A DNA stretch of 41,699 bases, taken from positions 1-41,699 of IMG/VR virus record IMGVR_UViG_3300046703_000022; one strand, given 5' to 3'. Shown here one piece after another: positions 36,551 to 41,699 of the stretch (its first letter is position 1; every line of letters starts with the position of its first letter). Made by a program: the position numbers and the translations under genes. This DNA is from a virus. Lineage: Duplodnaviria > Caudoviricetes. Below the pieces are notes generated by a model. That model did not search any database and was not told the origin of the DNA. It saw only the letters and a list, made by a program, of their open reading frames with translations.

Positions 36551-36584
36551 TTAAATAAAACACCCCTTAAATTTATATTATTTA

Positions 36585-36740
36585 CAATGTACCATAGAAT
36601 TAAACTAAATGTAAGTGGTTTTCATTAAAAAAGTAAATAAAGTCTAAATTTGTAAATTTTTGTAATATTTAGAACAGTTTAAAAATATTAATAAATTTTA
36701 ACTAAAACCGTTGACATTAGTTTAAAATAGTTATATTATA
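36585..36740. promoter_or_regulatory. Divergent promoters/operators of the genetic switch
   Basis: TTGACA-17-TATTAT (36711-36739, +); TG-G-TACATT (-); TTAGTTTAA follows the -35 of both. Confidence 0.7.
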
Positions 36741-36780
36741 AAGACAAGAAATAACTGATTTAAACGAAGGTGGTGAAAAC

Positions 36781-36960
36781 GTGCAACAATATATGAAGTT
36801 AAGTGAAGCAGCTAAGTTGATTAACATGAGTGTCCAGTCAATGTATACACTTTGTAATTCAGGTAAATTCCCAGTGCTAAAGATTCCAGCAGGTAAGTCA
36901 TTCACTTACAGAATACACAGAAATGGTTTTGAAGAATGGATTAAAGAAAACAGTAATTAA
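36781..36960 (+). CDS. Cro-position HTH_17 regulator (59 aa, not in ORF track)
   Basis: AAGGTGGTG RBS with GTG; MKLSEAAKLINMSVQSMYTLCNSGKFP...FEEWI. Confidence 0.75.
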   Translation: MQQYMKLSEAAKLINMSVQSMYTLCNSGKFPVLKIPAGKSFTYRIHRNGFEEWIKENSN

Positions 36961-37117
36961 ATATGTGTAATGAAGATAAAAAGTGTGAATACGCAACCTG
37001 TAAGAGTGATGACAAATCAAAGAAGTGCTGTGTTTTATGCGATAGTATCACAACATGTAAAGAGTCTAATTGCCAAGAAATGAAGGAGTGGAAAAAATAT
37101 AGAATGGGAGGTTAACC

Positions 37118-37267
37118 ATGAACTATAAAATAAAAAACTCACATGGCACTACAGTAGGTGGTTATCACAAATGGCACAGTTTCTTGGAGTCATTTATCAA
37201 GGTAACACTTACCATTGTAGCATTGTTAATATTAACGGCAATAGCTACTATTGGTATCTGGGCATAA
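37118..37267 (+). CDS. 49-aa peptide with C-terminal TM
   Basis: GGGAGG RBS; VTLTIVALLILTAIATIGIWA. Confidence 0.55.
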   Translation: MNYKIKNSHGTTVGGYHKWHSFLESFIKVTLTIVALLILTAIATIGIWA

Positions 37268-37317
37268 TAAAAACCGCTCTCGTAAAGCGGTAATTAGGAA
37301 ATCAAATGTTACTTAGT

Positions 37318-37346
37318 ATTATACAAAATATTGAGGGGTGAGTCAA
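37318..37346 (-). promoter_or_regulatory. Antisense sigma-A promoter
   Basis: TTGACT-17-TATAAT on the minus strand, with a terminator-like hairpin ~25-45 nt downstream. Confidence 0.6.
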
Positions 37347-37754
37347 ATGTCAAGAGAGATCAAGTTCCGCGCGTGGGATAAAACATTAAAAGAAATTATT
37401 CCAGTGCGTAATATTAATTTTGAATCAAAAATGATAAACATAAATGGTGCTTGGAGATTATTTAAAGAAATTGAGTTAATGCAATTCACTGGTAAGCGTG
37501 ATAGCAAACAGACTGACGAATTTCCTAAAGGAAAGGAAGTTTTTGAATCCGATATTATCGAATGCGAGTATTACAACGGTGAAGTATGGCGTGGTGTTGT
37601 TGTGTGGGGATTCGGTGAACCTTCATTCTTTGTGATACGTGATAATGATAATTCAAAATGTTATTCAGTTAATTTTGGCGGTAGTGCGGTTAAACGTTGG
37701 GAAGTCATCGGCAATATTCATCAAAATCATGAACTACTAGAGGTGAAATTATGA
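37338..37754 (+). CDS. YopX family protein
   Basis: REIKFRAWDK...LMQFTG...GKEVFESDI...EVIGNIHQN. Confidence 0.9.
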   Translation: MSQMSREIKFRAWDKTLKEIIPVRNINFESKMININGAWRLFKEIELMQFTGKRDSKQTDEFPKGKEVFESDIIECEYYNGEVWRGVVVWGFGEPSFFVIRDNDNSKCYSVNFGGSAVKRWEVIGNIHQNHELLEVKL

Positions 37755-37865
37755 TAAACAGAATCCAAACAATACAACAACTAAAGAATCACCTAAGATC
37801 AATTAATATAGCACCTGAACGCAAACCATGTACCAAACATCCACTGGAACATTTTAAAGATATTC

Positions 37866-38072
37866 TTGCGAGGTGTAAATAATATGGAACTAAGTAGCTT
37901 TACCGACTACGACATAGGTTGCGAGATGATAAGAAGATCAAAAAATAGCAATAATGTACAAGTTGTAAAAAACGACCGTCAGAGCGCTAATTTCAGCGTT
38001 GCGGTGGATGGTGGGGATTTGTTGGTGGATAATGGTGAATGTCTTGTAGTGATATTTCGAGGTTTGTATTGA
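37866..38072 (+). CDS. Hypothetical protein (likely start ATG 37884)
   Basis: GAGGTG RBS. Confidence 0.5.
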   Translation: MRGVNNMELSSFTDYDIGCEMIRRSKNSNNVQVVKNDRQSANFSVAVDGGDLLVDNGECLVVIFRGLY

Positions 38073-38073
38073 T

Positions 38074-38289
38074 ATGGAACTACCTGACATTAATGAACTA
38101 CCGTTGCCGAATTACGGTTATAAACGCAAACGAAACGAAATAGAAGAAACAGTCATAGGAAAGTGCCATTTCCCATTATGCGAACTACCGTTGTACGGCG
38201 ATATGGAAATAGCAATTTGGAATGGTAATGTGTTTTGTTGCCGAAGGTGCAGGGACGAATATAGGTTATGGGAGGATGAAAATAAATGA
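38074..38289 (+). CDS. Cys-rich hypothetical protein
   Basis: CHFPLC...FCCRRC. Confidence 0.55.
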   Translation: MELPDINELPLPNYGYKRKRNEIEETVIGKCHFPLCELPLYGDMEIAIWNGNVFCCRRCRDEYRLWEDENK

Positions 38290-38453
38290 AAAAACAGAAA
38301 AAAATGATAGAAATTACAGTTGAAGAATATGAAAAATTACTATGTGACTCTGATTTCTTAGATTGCCTTGAAGCTTGTGGCGTTGATAACTGGGACGGTT
38401 ACGGGGATGCAAAAATAATGAAAAGGGAATATTCAGAGGGGGATGAATAACAT

Positions 38454-38945
38454 ATGAATCTTTACGGACTTACCGGACAATCTCTAGAACTACTTAAAAT
38501 GATCGAGGATGGAGATTGCACACAAGAAGAACTTGCAGGTGCGTTGGAAGTTTTAAATACATCAATTGAAACGAAAGTCGAAAATACCTTGTATGTCATT
38601 GAATCAGCGAAGGGCAATAGAAACATATTAGTAAACGCAATCAGTAGCTTACAATCGAAATTAAAGGCATTAGACAGCAATGTAGAGTGGTTGCAGAGTA
38701 GCTTGTTTAGTAATTTGGAATTGATGGGTGTTAGTAGCTATAAGGCAGGGGTATTTACGGTTAAGCAACAAGCTAATCCTCCAAGTGTAAATATACTTGA
38801 TGCTAAAAAAGTACCTGCCAAATATCAGACTTTAATTCCTGAGTCCTATGTGCCGAGGAAAGCTGATATTGCCAAGGACTTGAAGTTGGGTATTTTAGTT
38901 CCTGGCTGTGAGTTAAAAAACAGTACAAGATGGGTTGTGAAATAG
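38454..38945 (+). CDS. Gp157-family protein
   Basis: MNLYGLT...IETKVEN...NPPSV...KADIAKDLKLG..VPGCEL. Confidence 0.85.
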   Translation: MNLYGLTGQSLELLKMIEDGDCTQEELAGALEVLNTSIETKVENTLYVIESAKGNRNILVNAISSLQSKLKALDSNVEWLQSSLFSNLELMGVSSYKAGVFTVKQQANPPSVNILDAKKVPAKYQTLIPESYVPRKADIAKDLKLGILVPGCELKNSTRWVVK

Positions 38946-38946
38946 T

Positions 38947-39666
38947 ATGACACTAACATTACCGACAGAAAAAAGCCTACCTAAAACAAATTTAGCAGAT
39001 TATACGATTTGCTTATACGGAGAGCCAAAGATCGGTAAAAGCACCTTTGCAAGTGAGTTTGATAGCCCGTTATTTTTAGCAACAGAAGCGGGTTTAAACT
39101 CTCTTAGCACTCACAACGTTCCAATTGCTTCATGGGAAGATTTTTTAGAAGCTTGCAAACTAATAGCAACAACAAAACATGAATTTAAAACTGTTGTGAT
39201 TGATACCGTTGATAATCTTGCAGTTTTTTGTAGTGATTATATTTGTAAGAAAAATGGAATTACTCATGAATCTGATATGGGATTCGGCAAAGGGTGGAAA
39301 TTAGTAAAAAATGAGTTTTTAAGAACATTAACAAAATTAAGTTTACTTCCTTATGGTTTAGTTTTGGTAAGTCATGCCAAGACAGAGGAGGTGAAGACTA
39401 GGACCTCTGTTATTAATAAATCAATACCTACGCTATCTAGTTCTTTTAGAGAAGTAGTTTTAGGAATGTCGGACTTGATTTTATATGCTCATACAGTTCA
39501 GCATACCAATAAAGCAGAAAACAAGGTTGAAGAAATAAGAGTGTTGCGAACAAAATCAGCTGAGACTTACGAAGCAGGTGATAGGACAGGTCGCTTACCT
39601 GATACCTTACAGTTTGATTATCAGTCATTTAAAACAGCATGGGAAAGCAAAACAGAACAAATATAA
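38947..39666 (+). CDS. Sak4-like AAA_24 ATPase (single-strand annealing)
   Basis: YGEPKIGKST, TVVIDT, VSH, AGDR. Confidence 0.88.
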   Translation: MTLTLPTEKSLPKTNLADYTICLYGEPKIGKSTFASEFDSPLFLATEAGLNSLSTHNVPIASWEDFLEACKLIATTKHEFKTVVIDTVDNLAVFCSDYICKKNGITHESDMGFGKGWKLVKNEFLRTLTKLSLLPYGLVLVSHAKTEEVKTRTSVINKSIPTLSSSFREVVLGMSDLILYAHTVQHTNKAENKVEEIRVLRTKSAETYEAGDRTGRLPDTLQFDYQSFKTAWESKTEQI

Positions 39667-39688
39667 AAAATAAAGGATGGGTTTATAT

Positions 39689-40129
39689 ATGAATTACGCA
39701 GAAATGTTAAAAGATTTTGACGAGGTATTTGCAGGGGCAAAGGTTAGAGATGGTAGTTTGGCGGATGGCAAGTACGAAGTAACTATTGACCGAGTTAGTG
39801 TTGAAGAAAAAGACCTAAGAATTAACCTTGTTTTGGAATTTGTTGTTATTAACGGTGATAATACTGGTGCTAGAATCTTTAAGAGGTCACAACTTAACGA
39901 CAAAAAGCGTGTTGAGTGGCTTAAAACAGACCTTCATAAAATGGGATTAAAAATTGAAAAGATTAGTGAAATTGAATCCTGCATGGGTGAATTGCTTGAC
40001 AGAAAAATAGAAGTTAATTTAAAAGCTGGCAAGCCTAATGCAAATGGTAAAACCTATCAGAATTGCTACATTGTGAAAGAAATAAGTCCTGCTGATTCGA
40101 TGGGGACTGTAGAAGATATGGTGTGGTAA
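39689..40129 (+). CDS. DUF669 / SSB-like protein
   Basis: LADGKYEVTID...; acidic tail ending in W; follows Sak4. Confidence 0.7.
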   Translation: MNYAEMLKDFDEVFAGAKVRDGSLADGKYEVTIDRVSVEEKDLRINLVLEFVVINGDNTGARIFKRSQLNDKKRVEWLKTDLHKMGLKIEKISEIESCMGELLDRKIEVNLKAGKPNANGKTYQNCYIVKEISPADSMGTVEDMVW

Positions 40130-40671
40130 CAGAAAACGGGGAGCAATCCCCACTTTCATTCAAACAAATAGAATACCTATTAAGCCAAATGGTTATTATC
40201 ATAGATTCCAGGGAGCAGGTCAATCATTGGATAACAGATTATTTAGATGCAAGGTGGATACCGTACATATCAAATAAACTGAATTACGGTGATTATTCAT
40301 TTTTTCTGCCTGCTGATAAAGAATTAGGAATTATGGAAGATGTGTATTTCACTGACAAATTGGTTATTGAGCGTAAAAATTCTCTTGACGAACTGTGCAA
40401 CAACTTAACAAAAGACAGAGATCGTTTTGAAAGAGAGTTAGAGCGCGCTAGAGGGTGCAAGTTTGTATTGATGATAGAATCATCATCTTATGCGGATATT
40501 GTCTACCACAGGTACGCTAGCGAGTTTAAACCGCAATCGTTTGTTGCTACGTTGGCTACTTATCAGGCCCGGTATGGTATCGAGGTGGCGTATGTTGATC
40601 GGAAGTGCAGCGGAAATTATATTGTTAATTTGTTTAAGTATTATCTCCGTGAATGGTTGAAGGGCAGGTGA
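40123..40671 (+). CDS. ERCC4-domain nuclease
   Basis: IIIDSREQ, GDYS, IERKNSLDEL, RFERE. Confidence 0.9.
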   Translation: MVTENGEQSPLSFKQIEYLLSQMVIIIDSREQVNHWITDYLDARWIPYISNKLNYGDYSFFLPADKELGIMEDVYFTDKLVIERKNSLDELCNNLTKDRDRFERELERARGCKFVLMIESSSYADIVYHRYASEFKPQSFVATLATYQARYGIEVAYVDRKCSGNYIVNLFKYYLREWLKGR

Positions 40672-40675
40672 TTAT

Positions 40676-41263
40676 ATGAAAATTTTAGTAGCGTGTGAAG
40701 AAAGTCAAGCGGTAACTATTGAATTAAGAAAACTAGGTCATGAAGCTTATAGTTGCGACATTGAACCTTGTAGCGGCGGTCATACTGAATGGCACTTGCA
40801 ATTAGATGTTTCTGAACTATTAAAACTTAAGTGGGATATGATTATAGCGTTTCCTCCTTGTACTTATTTAAGCAATGCAGGAGCAAAACATTTATTTAAA
40901 GGTAAAAAGTTAAATGAAGAACGTTATCAAAAAGGGTTAGAAGCTAAAAATTTTTTCTTAATGTTTTATAATGCTGATTGTCCAAGAGTAGCAATAGAAA
41001 ATCCTATTTCAAGTAAAATCTATGAAATGCCAATACATACACAAGAAGTTCAACCTTATATGTTTGGACACCCAGTACAAAAGAAAACAAGATTGTGGCT
41101 TAAAGGATTACCAAATTTAACACCAACAGAAATTGTAGATCCTAAAGCTAATTGTCATGAAGCAGGGACTTGGTTTATGAAGGGTGGCAAGGATAGACAA
41201 AAAAACAGATCGAAAACATTTCCAGGAATAGCAGCGGCTATGGCAAAGCAGTGGGGTAATTAA
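40676..41263 (+). CDS. Short C5 cytosine methyltransferase-like protein
   Basis: FPPCTY and IENP catalytic motifs; 195 aa. Confidence 0.75.
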   Translation: MKILVACEESQAVTIELRKLGHEAYSCDIEPCSGGHTEWHLQLDVSELLKLKWDMIIAFPPCTYLSNAGAKHLFKGKKLNEERYQKGLEAKNFFLMFYNADCPRVAIENPISSKIYEMPIHTQEVQPYMFGHPVQKKTRLWLKGLPNLTPTEIVDPKANCHEAGTWFMKGGKDRQKNRSKTFPGIAAAMAKQWGN

Positions 41264-41296
41264 TCCCCTCCCAAATCTATCAAGGCAGGTGATTAG

Positions 41297-41699
41297 ATGG
41301 CAGACGTTAAGTGGATAAAAATTTACACAGATATGTTGAATAATAAAAAGATTAAAAGAATTAGAAAAATGCCAGAAGGTAATAACATAATTCTTATATG
41401 GGTATTCCTTTTAACAACAGCAGGAGAATCAAACAAGAACGGTGGACTATTTTTAACCGACACAATACCATTCAATGAAGAAGATTTGTCGATTGAATTT
41501 GATTTTGATGTTTCTGTTATAAAATTTGCTTTAATAACTCTTGAAAAATTCCAAATGGTTGAGATTTTTGATTCAATAATTTATATAAAAAATTGGTCAG
41601 AATATCAAAACGTTGAAGGATTGGACAAAATGAGAGAGCAAACAAGGTTAAGAGTTGCCAAACATAGAGAATTAAAGCAATTAGAACAACCTGTAACGC
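41297..41699 (+). CDS. Phage replisome organiser (N-terminal domain; truncated by window edge)
   Basis: MADVKWIKIYTDMLNNKKIKRIRKMPEG...IKNWSEYQN; AGGTGA RBS; no stop before the end. Confidence 0.88.
   Translation, partial: MADVKWIKIYTDMLNNKKIKRIRKMPEGNNIILIWVFLLTTAGESNKNGGLFLTDTIPFNEEDLSIEFDFDVSVIKFALITLEKFQMVEIFDSIIYIKNWSEYQNVEGLDKMREQTRLRVAKHRELKQLEQPVT

Noticed and set aside
979-40223. Many minus-strand and alternate-frame ORFs in the track (e.g. 2322-2582, 8038-8331, 23671-24087, 31509-31844)
   Set aside because: Shadows of well-supported genes, lacking RBS or motifs

Overview
Near-complete genome of a low-GC temperate podovirus-type phage of Firmicutes. The host is probably a diderm Negativicute, inferred from the nested spanin-like genes and the Prp-type 'LQLFA' capsid leader. 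Order: late-early accessory genes and an ArpU/RinA-like activator (1-3.4 kb); terS, inserted genes and terL (4.6-8.8 kb); portal, scaffold, capsid, tail tubular A/B, ejection proteins and an SGNH-esterase tail spike (9-28.2 kb); lysis (28.4-30.3 kb); accessory genes; cI/Cro-like switch (36.2-37 kb); and a Sak4/ERCC4/replisome-organiser module truncated at the right edge. No integrase is visible. Where one would normally lie there is a plasmid-like replicon: a Rep that appears to start at a non-canonical ATT behind a hairpin-sequestered RBS, a consensus antisense promoter for a ~70-nt counter-transcript, and a downstream ProQ/FinO-family RNA chaperone. A RacA/pSK1-Par-like protein lies nearby. 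Together these suggest a phage-plasmid with chaperone-assisted antisense copy control. Other notable items are a 402-bp Tn7-like mini-transposon (TGT...ACA, 5-bp TSD, TnsB-like site arrays) carrying one small gene, a cassette inserted into the terL 5' end, and a LexA-box-controlled small ORF convergent with cI. All family calls come from motif recognition by eye; no searches were run.
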